Shown: piece after piece, positions 20,816 to 32,265 of the stretch
How the letters are laid out: each line of letters starts with the position of its first letter
Numbering within the stretch: position 1 is the first letter of the stretch
IMG/VR virus record: IMGVR_UViG_3300033182_001391
Location: 7,141-71,140 of that record
Reading direction: 5' to 3' (one strand)
Source of the DNA: a virus
Length of the DNA stretch: 64,000 nucleotides
The notes under the pieces: model-generated
The model's input: the letters and a program-made list of their open reading frames with translations, nothing else
Told to the model about the DNA's origin: nothing
The model's database searches: none
Translations under genes and position numbers: made by a program

Positions 20816-23800
20816 TCCACCCTTCTAGGTAGCGCTGCCTGCTCATACGAACCTACAACAGACATAGATTCTTTTTGCAAATCTTTAACATAAACTTTAG
20901 CTAAATTATTAACAACCAACTCCCAGTTTAAAGTAACCGGAGTGCCATCTTCATAGTACTCATCCCATAAGGTAATTGGCCATTGTGAAGCAGTCTCGTA
21001 AACGCTTTCAAGACACTTAATGTAAACCAAAGTATCAAATACAACATAATTATTCTCTACAAGTTGCTGACCTAATTCAGATAATTCTGGAACATAGTTC
21101 TCAAAAAAGTTATATTTATTTTCTGCAACAAGTGAGCTGATAACTTCAGCGTAAAGTTTATCGTATCCCATGAAAAATACTGATAGATCATCTAGCTTCT
21201 GCTTATATTTTTCTTTTACTTCAACAAAATTATTCACATTACCTGACTCTAATAAAGAATTAAATATAGAAGAAACAAAACTAACACTTTGAGAAATAAC
21301 ATCATCAGTAAAATGATAGAAAATAGTAGCAATAGTTCTATCAAACTGATCCTGAACATAACTAGACGGCTTATTATAATCTGCACCTGCATCAAAGTCC
21401 TCATTTGTCCCAGCCAAAGACTCACGAGATCTATTAACCCTCAAAACAATAACCTTATTTAAAATTTTATCCTTAACAAAGAACTTAGCTTTACCACCAG
21501 GAGTTGATACATCTAAAATACTTAAAGTATAAGATTCAGAATTTTCCTCTGAATAAACTTTTCCTTCCATAACATTTGTTTCTTCGGTGTTAATGCCATC
21601 AAAACGAATTGTGAACGGATCGCCACCCCTTAAGATGTCAACAACTTTTATAGTGTCACCGTCAACAACATCAACAACTTTTACCAAAACTTTAAACTGA
21701 GGCTCTAATTGAGCCTTGTCTGGACCCAAACTAGAAAGATTCAAAACCCTAGAATGAACCAAAGCGTTTTCATAACTGATATATCTTACGGCTTCTTTTA
21801 TTTCTGTTTCTCGCCAACCCAAACTCTTAAACAAATCATCACTTCTAACATAAGAATATCCTTCAGGAGTTCTTATCTTAGTCCTAACCCCCAATATACC
21901 AGGCAATAATGCTTTGCTATGGTATTGACCAACAACCATACCCTGACTATAAGAAAGGCCAGAATCCATAGGTTGACCATTTCTATTTAAATACTGAACA
22001 TAGCATCCGTGTTGATCTAGCAGATTATCCCTAACCCACTTCCACCCCTTCCAGCCTAATTGGGATCCAAGAGAACCAACAATCGGACCAGCCACTAAAC
22101 CTGCTGCACCTCCAGTAGCAACAGTTGCAACTGTACCAGCTAAAACACCGAATCCAATAGAAGCAAGCGCGGCACCGCCGGCAGCATTTGTATTGGCCTG
22201 AGTCTGCCTTATAACTGCTTCGGCTGCATCTGGCATAGACTTAGCTGTTTCTAGAGCTATTGCATCTTTAACTATTGCACTAGAACCATGGGTAAACTGT
22301 AGCCCTCCAACAATTTGAGTCGAAAGCATGTCGCTCAATCTGTCGATAGAAATAGATCCACCAATCATCATTGAAGAATCACCATCTCTAATACTGTCAA
22401 GATAAATTCTTGCATCGTTTCTAATTGCTTGAGTGTTCATCCAGGAACTTATCCAAGAACTTAAATACCATCTACTTGGATCATTAACGGTAACAAGCGC
22501 ATTCGGTGTAATCGCCGTAACAAAACCTAGATCGCTAGTAAAATGATGGACAACTTGTTCAACCTCAAATAAACCATACATCCTCTCATAAACATCAGAC
22601 AAATAAACCATGTCATGAGGTCTAATATCTGGATTGCCAATAACTAACAATTCTCCACCATAAATATCTTTAATAGATTCCTTCAAATGAGCAAGAGCAA
22701 CCCTTCTGGCACTTAGCTCATCTGGACTTCCCTGAATATTCTTTGCGACCCCCCTAAAGGTTTCCAATGGATGCATAAGCGGATGCAGGAAACCAAAGAA
22801 ACCACTTCCAACCATATTATCATAGTACAATCCAGTTTCTACTGTTTTTTCTGTTTGGCGTTCAGCTGGAGCCCCTTTATCTAGAGCTACAGTTACCGGA
22901 TATTTTCCATCAGAGACTGCAGTGACGACTGTTGAAACGCCATTTAAATTTTCCTCTATGTTGTTAGCTAAAATGTGAGAGAAAGAACTTATATAGTGCA
23001 GTCTTTGGAAAGGCTCCCTAACTTCCAAAACAGGTTCTCCATATTCCCTTGTAAAAGGATTGTCCACAGCTCTGAGTAAAGATCCCTCCCTACCCAAAGA
23101 GTAGTAAATGGAATCATTAAGAACCTTATTCATTACGTGTGCGTGCTTCCTAAAGTCTGCCGCCTCAGACACACCATATCCCAACTGCTGCATACTCAAC
23201 TTAAACATAGAATATAGGCCACTAAGACCAGTAGTCAATGCTGTAAAAATAGGACCAACATTTTCACTAAAGAAATCTTTTACGCTAGAGACAGAATAAG
23301 ATATAATGTTATTAGAACTATTTCCCTCTGCTTTAGTTGCAACCAAAAGTTTTAAGAATTTGCTTTGACCAGAATCTGAAGACAAAGCTCCTTTCGCGTA
23401 ATCTGCGTATGGGTCAATGAATGCTCTAAAAACCTTATCGACAGACCTAAAAGACCACTGCTCGTCAGTAAAAGAATTTCCACCAAATAACTTTCTATCT
23501 GGCTGAAGCACGAGCCAAGCTCTTCCGTAGGCATTATTCCAGAGAGCCTGCCTAAACATTCCAACCATCAGCAAGAATAATTGCTTAGGAGTATCTATCT
23601 GCGAAGCCAGTGAAATAGAAGGTTGTTCCGTATCAGAACCCTCTATACTGACCTGTAGCACATTATTAATACTAGGGTCATCAAAGAAGTTTTCCTTGAA
23701 CTTTTGCAGCCTTTTAACTAAGAAGTTGTTTAAGCTTTCAATGAGGCCACCTTGATCCAATGGAGCATCTATAAATGAAGTTCTTACAAATTCTAATGCT

Positions 23801-26800
23801 TCTTCAACAGAAGTCTGATATTCTACAGAAGAAGTAGTGGGATTATATTCATAGCTAGAATCTCCTGAATAAATAAACTCATCTCCTAAAATAAGAGAGA
23901 ACTTATCTAAAGCACCAGTTGTAGAAAAATTTCTAATTGCATCTATAGGTTGAGAACCTCGTAAAATATCCAAAATATAATCTGGCATTGTGGCCTCAGA
24001 ATCTGGATCCATACCATAAAGATCTGCAAATATTTGCTTAACACTATCTAATGTATGATATGAATACCTAAATTCATCCCATATATCCTGGGCATCGGCT
24101 AGGTGTCTTCCGTCTCCAGCTATAACCGAAACATCTGGACTAAAATTCTCATCATAAAATGCTCTTGCCTCCATAGAAAGCTGATCAGCTTCAGTATAAA
24201 CAGGAGTAAATGTTCCCACAATTCTTTTTGAGGCCTGCTCCGTATAGCTATTAGATCCTTCTATTGACTCCATTTCTGTTAGATATATATCTCTTAAATA
24301 ATTAAACTCAAGTACATCAAATCTTTTTTGAATAACTGCTTCAAAATAACTTGAGTCATCAATAAAACCATTTCCACTATACGCATAGCTATCCAGATAA
24401 GATAGACTAGATGTTTCCACTGCTAAATATCTATCTAAAATATTATTATGATCAAAAGAACCATTTAAAATCTGAACTGGATTACCAGACTCATTTTTTT
24501 CTGCATATAAATTGTCTGAGTCAGAATTAACAAAAGAACCAAAACCAATCAAAAAATCTTCAGACCCCTCATCAGAATCGCTAACTCTTAAAGAAAACTC
24601 TTGTGCACTAGCAACCTGCGGAGAAACAACTCCAACTGGAACCGAATCAGGAACAAAAGCAAAAAAACATTCACGTTTTATAGGATACCTTCTAAAACCA
24701 AACTGATCTACACCAGTCTCAACATCTACAAACGGTATCGCGTCTAGCACAGTTTCGGCAGCATCTCTAGCCCCCACTTCAAAATTATTTCCATGGAACC
24801 ACCCTGTTATTATATTCAAATAGTATGCTGCGTCAGGAGAAACAAGCGCATCAATATCAGAAAGATTATTCAAATCAGAATCTTCAAGTTCACCCCACAA
24901 AAAATAAGCTGGCTTACAAACTACAGCTCTTTTATTAATAGGATTATAAACTAGAATTTTTCTATTCTTATAATCTGAAGCCGTTCCATATAAGTTATCA
25001 AAACCATACCTATCTTTGAACCTTTCAAGATCTACTCCGCCATTTGAAGAAGGATTATATGGCCATTTCATGGCAACATAAAATTGCTCATCTTCTTCAG
25101 ATGCTGGCTTGCCCCATTCTGATGCAATTAACGTATCGATCTCAGAAGCGCCATCGATTTCAGGTTTAGGCATTTCTACAATATCATTGGTGTTTGATAA
25201 ATAATTAAGAAGATTATTAGTTCCCATTGAAATTCTTAAAGGATTTTCTAGTTCTAAAACATCATTTTCACCAATAAGTGTCTGAGAAGTCTCTTTTAAA
25301 TAATCTCTTTCTATTTCCATTAGTTTGCCAAAATTATCAGAATAACTAGTCTCATCTTCTTCCATATCAAAAGCTGGACTCTTTAAAATTCTAACACTTT
25401 TTGTATTCGCAAAGAAAGGATATCTGTATCTATCAGGAAGATTACTTATATGACGATGCTCTTCAGAAACAATATTGACCTTACCTTCTATAGGTAAATG
25501 AAATCCGATATAGGCATTGCCTCTTGAAACCGGAATCTTAGATACTATTTCATTTCCACTACTATCTCCATAGTAAACAAGCGACTTTGGATCAGAAAAA
25601 TTAATTACTTTATTTCTCAGAGAATTAGTTGGAGCATATATTCCAGTAGAATTATTTATATTATAGGCAGTAGAAGCAAATATTTCGTTGACATCTGATG
25701 CACCAAAAAAAGCTGCGTAATCTGCAAGAGGATTCGTAGATCTATTTAGGCCATCCAATAGTTCTGCAAGGAAATTATCTTCCTTTCTTGCAGCAGGCGC
25801 CTTGTCAACCCTGTAGCCAGTCGTGACAGGAACAACACCAGAAGTGTAAAGCCAATGAGGCTTACCATAAAAAACGGTAGACCTGTCTTCAAATGGTCTT
25901 ACGGCAACAATGTAATTTGGAAGAAGACGTGCACAAGTTTGGAAAAGATCCCAAACAGTTCTCATATAAGTTTGAGCCCTAAAAGAAACTTCATCAAAAC
26001 CAGGAAGATCATCATCATCATTCATAGATATAACGCCCATAGTTTTGAATAAATTTTTGCCCCCTCTACCAACAAGAATTCCCAAAAGGCTTGACCCAAC
26101 AGAAACTCCTTTACCAAGATAAACTGGATTACGTGTCACTAATGTACCTACAACCGTAGTTGCAGAAGCCGTAAACGCACTAGTTCCAACCCCTAAAACA
26201 GTATTCAATATACCGCCACCCAACAAACCAGTTACTATGTCACCCGAAGGAGATTTATTAAGCTGATTATCTGCAACCAATGTATCTACTGCAAAATTGG
26301 AACCCGGTATTCCCTGACCCGACTCCATAACCAACCTGTTCCAAGATCTATCAGTAAGAGAAGCTAAATCTCTTACTGATCTAGCATTACTGTCTTCAGG
26401 GGTCAATGAGGCAACAGTTGACCAACCGTCATCAATATCGCCGCCCAAGAATTGTGCTATCCCAGTACCATTTCCAGGATAAATATTTCTCTTAAACAAT
26501 TCTAAATCAACGTCAGATTGCATATTGGCCATAAGGGTCTCTATCAAAGGAATTATAGAAGAACGCTCATTGCTAGAAAAGTTGTTTTCATCTTTTCCAC
26601 GCCCTATATAATTAAAAGCTCCACTTATAGCACTAGATATCTGATCATGTTTAACCTGATCATCACCCATAAAATCGTAGAGTATGCTACCAAAATGTCT
26701 GATACCAAATCTATTTTCAGAAAAAATGATCCCCTTAGTCGCCCTAAGTAGAGCTTCTCTAGTTCTAGAAGACCCCATGCTTAAAAGTCTAACCATCAAA

Positions 26801-29800
26801 TCCCTAGGCTCAGAAAGCCACATACCAGTGTTTATACCGCCATCAATTTTTCCACTATCACCCTTTTTATTAGTGCTATTAACCATTGCACCAAGCTCTA
26901 TTGCATCAGACTGAGCTGTTACTGTTACTATTTCTCCCTGCTCAACACTTGTAATTATTCCATTAAAAAGAGTATTTAATGAATTAGGATTAGAACCATA
27001 TCCAGCTCTTAGATGAACTCTAACACCAGGCTTTAACCTTATATTGTTAATATCGACTACATATTCATGCCTCATGTGCCCCAGCATATTTCGAGACATA
27101 TTTAAAGTTCTTTCAACTATATTAGCTAAACCCTCAGTCAAAGATAATTCATCTTGATTAAATTCGTCTAAATTAGGATTGAATATCTTACTTGACTCAG
27201 GTCTAGTTATCTTAGAATACATATTAGACAATCTAAGAATTAGAGTATCACCCATAATATCTTCAGAAGAAACAACAGAGAAATCTATTATCGACTGCAA
27301 TCCGTAGAAATTATCAAAAAGTTTTACACCAGCAAAATATCCACCCTCATCAATAAGCCACAACATATAAGTAGGGAACGCCCTTAGCATGCGTCCAGAA
27401 ATATCGCGATACGAAGTATCAACCATCATCTTTTCCCAGTGACGATACTCATCACCGTCATATGCGTTTTGATACTCTGACACACCCTTAAGAGTTGCTA
27501 TGCCGCTGTTAACGGTAGTGTTTCCGGTGTCAGGAGTCTGAACATCTTGAGTTAGATTTGGTCTTAAAGAATACCTTCTGTCTTCAGATGATATTTGAAC
27601 ATTACTGCCTGCAACCGTCAGATAAAATCTTCCATTATTATTATCTATATAACCAAAATGTGTACCGGCTGCTGTCAACATCATGGCTGAAATCTTGTTT
27701 TCATCTAACTGGGTTTGATCATTAGCGGGAATAACCAAAATAACTTTATGGAAATCTACGTTATCAGGATGAAAACTAACGTACTCTTCATCTGGTAAAC
27801 TGTAGGCACCCTCTAATGCGGCTTCTAAAGATTCTTTCATGTGATAATCAGTACCGGTAGATAGGTCACCAACAATAAAGGAACCAACACCAGAAACTTC
27901 ATTCATAAACGGATTATTCTCATCATCTTCTTCTTCAGCAAAGTTGATGAACGACGTTAAAAGCTGCCACTTTTCAACATTATTATAACCAGGAATTGTA
28001 GAGCCAAGAACTAGCTCAAAAGCTCTTATGAACTTAGCCTGAGTAATCCCCTCTTCTTTAACATAATCAACAAGAAGCTTAATAATTAATTGTCTTTTTT
28101 CTTCTGCGCTTAAACTAGGTAGATCTGCAGACATCAAATTCTTAATCCTATCTGCAATGGCTGTTATAGGAAGATTCTGTCCATCCATTTCATAATTCCA
28201 CGATGTTCCATCCCAACCAACTTGAACTTCTTCATCGTCAAAAAAGAAATCCGTAACCCTAGGAATTTCATTAGTTATATTATTAGTGACATCATCGTCA
28301 AACATCTCAAAACTTCTAAAATAGAAATCTGGATCTAGATGACCAACAGTTTCTCCAGAAGAATCTTTTAACTGTAAAGGTAAATCGGGGTAGGCATTGA
28401 AGGCACCCCACATTTGCTTAATTCTTAAAAATGGATTTTTCTTAGTTGTAAACTGCTCGACCATATCCTTCTGCTGTTTACTACTTAACTCTTCTCTCTT
28501 TTGCTGGAAAATGTCAAAATCAACAAGAGTAAGATTTACATCATAGACATGAGGAAAACCAGGTTTTGTAGAAACCTGATAGTTCATAGGCATTACATAC
28601 TTCATGCCAGACAAAGCTGTTATAACATTTTTAATACCAAGAAAACCTATAACACCTGTTGCATGCTCCAGTCTTGCGAGAGCTGTAATATGATCAAAAA
28701 TTCTTTTAAACTTTACAAGTTCTTTCTCACCAATAACTGTCATAGAAATATTAATAAAGCTATCTTTACCGCCGATATGCTGATAAGAAGGTTCGTCTTG
28801 CATCTGAACCTGAAGCTTTGCAAAGTTATTAGAAAGAGAAACAGTTACACCATTAACTATTACGGCATCAGGGTCCATGTCGACCTTAACCATTGGAACT
28901 TCCCATTCGTTAAAAGTATAGTTACCAACCCTGGCCCTAGCAGCCTCCATTAAAGACTGAATACTTCCACTCTTAAAGAAGTTCTCGTAAAGGTAAACAT
29001 TAAAAGATTTCTTAAACTCTTCCTCTATCGAAGTTATGTCAGGATGAATTCCGTTTCTATTATAGAAATCGCTGGCGGCATCATCGACCAACTTATCCAA
29101 GAGAGAAGTAGGGTTCTTGGAGAAATCTGAGAAAAACTTTTTTACACCATTTAAATTCATATTTACAGAATCAGGTGCGACACCAACTGAAAGAACTTTG
29201 CCGCCAAAGAAATATGGACCTATCTCACCAGGATACTGACTGAAATCGTTATCATAAGATCTTAACCATTCCTCAATTTCCTCCCTGTCTGCCTGGCTAT
29301 TAGGAAGCCTTGCACTATTCTCGGATATAAAATCTTCAACTAAGAAACGATAGACTGCTTCAGAATCACTGTTAGTATTAATTCCTGCAGTTAAAACATT
29401 TATAGAATCTGTAACTAAACTATATATATCTTTGCTATACTCATTAGATCTAGATAAATCAACAACCTGGTTTAATTTAATTCCATACTTTGAACTTTCA
29501 TTGATATCAATATCAAAGAACTTAAGTAATTCGCGCCAAGTAGTCTCACCTAAATCACTAAAGGTTTCTTCCTGAGTCGTTCTAAATGAAGCTGTATCTG
29601 GAAGAAACAGCTTTGTTTGAACTTCGGCTGGAGTATAGAAAGTAATATTATTACCATTTCTCCATTCATCAATTATATTTGTTTCTAAAATGTAGTCCCT
29701 ATAAGAATCTGTAACCGTTTCGTTTTCATAGTCAGTACTGTAGGCGGCATCAGAAGGTGGCAAGGAAACATACTCCCTATCATTGAGCCCCACATACGCC

Positions 29801-31815
29801 GCATCACCGGGTGGCAAGGAAATGTAAGAGTCAGTTTCATTTACCGTATCTTGCTCTTTTGAATCCGATGTCTTAAGTAGGAATTCTTCATTAACATATT
29901 TATGTAATATGTTGGCGGCTTTACCTATATACTGACGATACTTACCCCAATGAACAGACTGATTGAAGTCTCTTAACATTGGTAGAAATGGCTTATGATT
30001 AAAATTCAGTAGTTCTATATCTACAGCCAGAGCAAACGGGAACCCTGGAACGGTAGATATTGTCATGTTAGACAGAGCCACACCGGTTATTCCATGAATA
30101 CTATTTAGGTAATGATTTTTTATTGGAAGAATAGGAGAAAACTTAAAGGCGGCAACTAAGCCCCTAAGAGAAGACAAAAATTTATCTATCTTTTCTTCAC
30201 TATCACCAATTATTCTATTTCCATTTTCATCTTCTCTATATCTAAAATCTATCTCAAAATTTTCGTTTAAATTTATTTGAGATATACCATCTATAGAAAC
30301 ACCCCATATTTCCTGATAGTTAGGAAAGAAAAGCCTCATAGAGACAACGGTTTCTCTGTAACCTGAATTAAATTTTGGGCTATTAGTTTGACGTATTGCA
30401 CCACCAGTTAAACTACCAGTCTTAAATCTGGTATTAACATTTATATTTACAGGTGGCACATAGAAATTAGCTGCACCTAAACGCAAATGGAAAATATCTG
30501 GATTATTAGGAGCAATATTCTTTCTATAAGGCGATCTTTCAAGAACTTTTTTAATTCTACTAGCTGTCGTATCAAACTCAAAAGCTAACTCAAAAACATT
30601 TTTATTACTCTCATCTGTTTGCTTTACACCAAAAGCAGCCTCTAAAGTTTCCTTAAACTCTTGAGCCGTTTCCGCAACCAAACCCCCACCAAGACCATCA
30701 TTAGAATAATCAACTATAGTCGACAATGCCATAGCATAAAAATCTACTAAACTAGGAAAGTAATAGTTTATTGAGGCAAATATAATTGGATTATTATTCC
30801 AATTCTTATGAACATCTATCAATTTCATTAACCAAGGTAAATCTACCGATGGGTCAATATATTCAGAAGAATTCTGTTGCGCATCATAAACACTAACAAA
30901 CCTCTTCTTAGCGAACTCGCCTATTTCATAAGCGTAACTTGCCAATTGAAATAAGCCTGTCTCTACTAAATTTGAATACAAAGATTTAGCCATAGAAACA
31001 TCTAAAGAAGAAACATTGTTATCAATTCTAGAAAAAACTCTATAAAAATTCCCAAGATTAGAAGGAGCGCTTCTTGCCGGAGAAAAAGAATCTGAAACAA
31101 ATTTATTTAAAGCTAGATCTGATCTAACACCATCTTCTTCGGTACCCAATATTGCTTTGTTTAAAAAAGTTCTTAGAGGCCCAAGATCATTTAACGTCTC
31201 TACAAAATCTGACCCCTCATCAATTGCCTCCTGCCTATCTTCAGATGCTACAACATTTTCTATTTGAGATAAATTATCTTTATTTAAATTCCCCTCATCG
31301 TGCAAAGCTTTTGCATTTTGCAATCTTTTAAGACACTGTTGAGAAAAGAAATCAATACACTTTTCATCCAATAACCAATTATAGCTAGCAAAAAGATCTA
31401 GCAATATCTCCGCATCGTTGCTCTGATCAAAAACACCAGATAGAGAAGGATAAACTATCCTGTCACTATCGTAAGAGAAAAAGCCCTGACCATATCTATC
31501 AACTAATGAATCGACCCTGCCTACGTATAAGTCATAGTAGGTTACTACATCAAAGTCAGCTCCCGCCTGAATATCTACATCGCCTCTAGCTCCACTAACA
31601 AAAAGTGCAAACATACTACTCCAAGTTACGTAGGAGTAAGAATCATCATACGAAAATTGAACTATTAATTTTCTTCCAACACTTTCATGAAAATAATCTT
31701 TTACGCCCTGAGCATTCGAGTTAGAGTTAGACAGAATATCAACAACTCTTTGATATTCGCTGTCATTTTCAACAATATATTTAATTTCATCAAAGGCATC
31801 GTTTGAAATTGACAT
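20812..31815 (-). CDS. Giant baseplate hub protein (gp27/gpD-like) with C-terminal staphylococcal-nuclease-like domain (3667 aa)
   Basis: Hub motifs LKPGVRVHLRAGYGSN..LFNGIITSV and GELLVIGNPDIRPHD..GLFEVEQVVHHF..GFVTAITP; SNase motifs VVDVVDGDTIKV, IRFDGINTEE, DQFDRTIA. Confidence 0.78.
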   Translation of the reverse strand: MSISNDAFDEIKYIVENDSEYQRVVDILSNSNSNAQGVKDYFHESVGRKLIVQFSYDDSYSYVTWSSMFALFVSGARGDVDIQAGADFDVVTYYDLYVGRVDSLVDRYGQGFFSYDSDRIVYPSLSGVFDQSNDAEILLDLFASYNWLLDEKCIDFFSQQCLKRLQNAKALHDEGNLNKDNLSQIENVVASEDRQEAIDEGSDFVETLNDLGPLRTFLNKAILGTEEDGVRSDLALNKFVSDSFSPARSAPSNLGNFYRVFSRIDNNVSSLDVSMAKSLYSNLVETGLFQLASYAYEIGEFAKKRFVSVYDAQQNSSEYIDPSVDLPWLMKLIDVHKNWNNNPIIFASINYYFPSLVDFYAMALSTIVDYSNDGLGGGLVAETAQEFKETLEAAFGVKQTDESNKNVFELAFEFDTTASRIKKVLERSPYRKNIAPNNPDIFHLRLGAANFYVPPVNINVNTRFKTGSLTGGAIRQTNSPKFNSGYRETVVSMRLFFPNYQEIWGVSIDGISQINLNENFEIDFRYREDENGNRIIGDSEEKIDKFLSSLRGLVAAFKFSPILPIKNHYLNSIHGITGVALSNMTISTVPGFPFALAVDIELLNFNHKPFLPMLRDFNQSVHWGKYRQYIGKAANILHKYVNEEFLLKTSDSKEQDTVNETDSYISLPPGDAAYVGLNDREYVSLPPSDAAYSTDYENETVTDSYRDYILETNIIDEWRNGNNITFYTPAEVQTKLFLPDTASFRTTQEETFSDLGETTWRELLKFFDIDINESSKYGIKLNQVVDLSRSNEYSKDIYSLVTDSINVLTAGINTNSDSEAVYRFLVEDFISENSARLPNSQADREEIEEWLRSYDNDFSQYPGEIGPYFFGGKVLSVGVAPDSVNMNLNGVKKFFSDFSKNPTSLLDKLVDDAASDFYNRNGIHPDITSIEEEFKKSFNVYLYENFFKSGSIQSLMEAARARVGNYTFNEWEVPMVKVDMDPDAVIVNGVTVSLSNNFAKLQVQMQDEPSYQHIGGKDSFINISMTVIGEKELVKFKRIFDHITALARLEHATGVIGFLGIKNVITALSGMKYVMPMNYQVSTKPGFPHVYDVNLTLVDFDIFQQKREELSSKQQKDMVEQFTTKKNPFLRIKQMWGAFNAYPDLPLQLKDSSGETVGHLDPDFYFRSFEMFDDDVTNNITNEIPRVTDFFFDDEEVQVGWDGTSWNYEMDGQNLPITAIADRIKNLMSADLPSLSAEEKRQLIIKLLVDYVKEEGITQAKFIRAFELVLGSTIPGYNNVEKWQLLTSFINFAEEEDDENNPFMNEVSGVGSFIVGDLSTGTDYHMKESLEAALEGAYSLPDEEYVSFHPDNVDFHKVILVIPANDQTQLDENKISAMMLTAAGTHFGYIDNNNGRFYLTVAGSNVQISSEDRRYSLRPNLTQDVQTPDTGNTTVNSGIATLKGVSEYQNAYDGDEYRHWEKMMVDTSYRDISGRMLRAFPTYMLWLIDEGGYFAGVKLFDNFYGLQSIIDFSVVSSEDIMGDTLILRLSNMYSKITRPESSKIFNPNLDEFNQDELSLTEGLANIVERTLNMSRNMLGHMRHEYVVDINNIRLKPGVRVHLRAGYGSNPNSLNTLFNGIITSVEQGEIVTVTAQSDAIELGAMVNSTNKKGDSGKIDGGINTGMWLSEPRDLMVRLLSMGSSRTREALLRATKGIIFSENRFGIRHFGSILYDFMGDDQVKHDQISSAISGAFNYIGRGKDENNFSSNERSSIIPLIETLMANMQSDVDLELFKRNIYPGNGTGIAQFLGGDIDDGWSTVASLTPEDSNARSVRDLASLTDRSWNRLVMESGQGIPGSNFAVDTLVADNQLNKSPSGDIVTGLLGGGILNTVLGVGTSAFTASATTVVGTLVTRNPVYLGKGVSVGSSLLGILVGRGGKNLFKTMGVISMNDDDDLPGFDEVSFRAQTYMRTVWDLFQTCARLLPNYIVAVRPFEDRSTVFYGKPHWLYTSGVVPVTTGYRVDKAPAARKEDNFLAELLDGLNRSTNPLADYAAFFGASDVNEIFASTAYNINNSTGIYAPTNSLRNKVINFSDPKSLVYYGDSSGNEIVSKIPVSRGNAYIGFHLPIEGKVNIVSEEHRHISNLPDRYRYPFFANTKSVRILKSPAFDMEEDETSYSDNFGKLMEIERDYLKETSQTLIGENDVLELENPLRISMGTNNLLNYLSNTNDIVEMPKPEIDGASEIDTLIASEWGKPASEEDEQFYVAMKWPYNPSSNGGVDLERFKDRYGFDNLYGTASDYKNRKILVYNPINKRAVVCKPAYFLWGELEDSDLNNLSDIDALVSPDAAYYLNIITGWFHGNNFEVGARDAAETVLDAIPFVDVETGVDQFGFRRYPIKRECFFAFVPDSVPVGVVSPQVASAQEFSLRVSDSDEGSEDFLIGFGSFVNSDSDNLYAEKNESGNPVQILNGSFDHNNILDRYLAVETSSLSYLDSYAYSGNGFIDDSSYFEAVIQKRFDVLEFNYLRDIYLTEMESIEGSNSYTEQASKRIVGTFTPVYTEADQLSMEARAFYDENFSPDVSVIAGDGRHLADAQDIWDEFRYSYHTLDSVKQIFADLYGMDPDSEATMPDYILDILRGSQPIDAIRNFSTTGALDKFSLILGDEFIYSGDSSYEYNPTTSSVEYQTSVEEALEFVRTSFIDAPLDQGGLIESLNNFLVKRLQKFKENFFDDPSINNVLQVSIEGSDTEQPSISLASQIDTPKQLFLLMVGMFRQALWNNAYGRAWLVLQPDRKLFGGNSFTDEQWSFRSVDKVFRAFIDPYADYAKGALSSDSGQSKFLKLLVATKAEGNSSNNIISYSVSSVKDFFSENVGPIFTALTTGLSGLYSMFKLSMQQLGYGVSEAADFRKHAHVMNKVLNDSIYYSLGREGSLLRAVDNPFTREYGEPVLEVREPFQRLHYISSFSHILANNIEENLNGVSTVVTAVSDGKYPVTVALDKGAPAERQTEKTVETGLYYDNMVGSGFFGFLHPLMHPLETFRGVAKNIQGSPDELSARRVALAHLKESIKDIYGGELLVIGNPDIRPHDMVYLSDVYERMYGLFEVEQVVHHFTSDLGFVTAITPNALVTVNDPSRWYLSSWISSWMNTQAIRNDARIYLDSIRDGDSSMMIGGSISIDRLSDMLSTQIVGGLQFTHGSSAIVKDAIALETAKSMPDAAEAVIRQTQANTNAAGGAALASIGFGVLAGTVATVATGGAAGLVAGPIVGSLGSQLGWKGWKWVRDNLLDQHGCYVQYLNRNGQPMDSGLSYSQGMVVGQYHSKALLPGILGVRTKIRTPEGYSYVRSDDLFKSLGWRETEIKEAVRYISYENALVHSRVLNLSSLGPDKAQLEPQFKVLVKVVDVVDGDTIKVVDILRGGDPFTIRFDGINTEETNVMEGKVYSEENSESYTLSILDVSTPGGKAKFFVKDKILNKVIVLRVNRSRESLAGTNEDFDAGADYNKPSSYVQDQFDRTIATIFYHFTDDVISQSVSFVSSIFNSLLESGNVNNFVEVKEKYKQKLDDLSVFFMGYDKLYAEVISSLVAENKYNFFENYVPELSELGQQLVENNYVVFDTLVYIKCLESVYETASQWPITLWDEYYEDGTPVTLNWELVVNNLAKVYVKDLQKESMSVVGSYEQAALPRRVD

Positions 31816-31819
31816 TACA

Positions 31820-32254
31820 TCACCTAAACATCATGTTATTGCTAACTATATTATTCATTCTAAAACTAGAAGTATCTTTAGTATGCGCAGAACTATAATT
31901 GTCCATTATACTATAATTTGAGGAAGATTGAAACTTATCAAAAACAAAATTTGCGTTATTGTGAGAAACAATTTCCTTATTATACCTAGCCGTCTGCAAA
32001 GCCTTATTATCATAACCAGTATTATCTGGATTAATTAAAGTACCAGAACTATGCTGCAATCCCTCAAAAGAACCTTTGACAGGATCAGACTTAACTTCTC
32101 TAGCATCATTTCTGGAAGAACTTAACTTAGAACGACCTTGAGCTTGAGATCTAGAAATTTTAGCTGAAAAATTATCTGAATTCTCTTTCCTATGAGATGT
32201 ATCCTTAGGGGTACGTGCAGCTTGGGAAAGTCTTTTATTCTGATCAGCGATCAT
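31820..32254 (-). CDS. Hypothetical basic, S/N-rich protein (144 aa)
   Basis: Fills the gap between two large genes; AAGGAAG upstream of the ATG. Confidence 0.65.
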   Translation of the reverse strand: MIADQNKRLSQAARTPKDTSHRKENSDNFSAKISRSQAQGRSKLSSSRNDAREVKSDPVKGSFEGLQHSSGTLINPDNTGYDNKALQTARYNKEIVSHNNANFVFDKFQSSSNYSIMDNYSSAHTKDTSSFRMNNIVSNNMMFR

Positions 32255-32265
32255 CCAACACTTCC

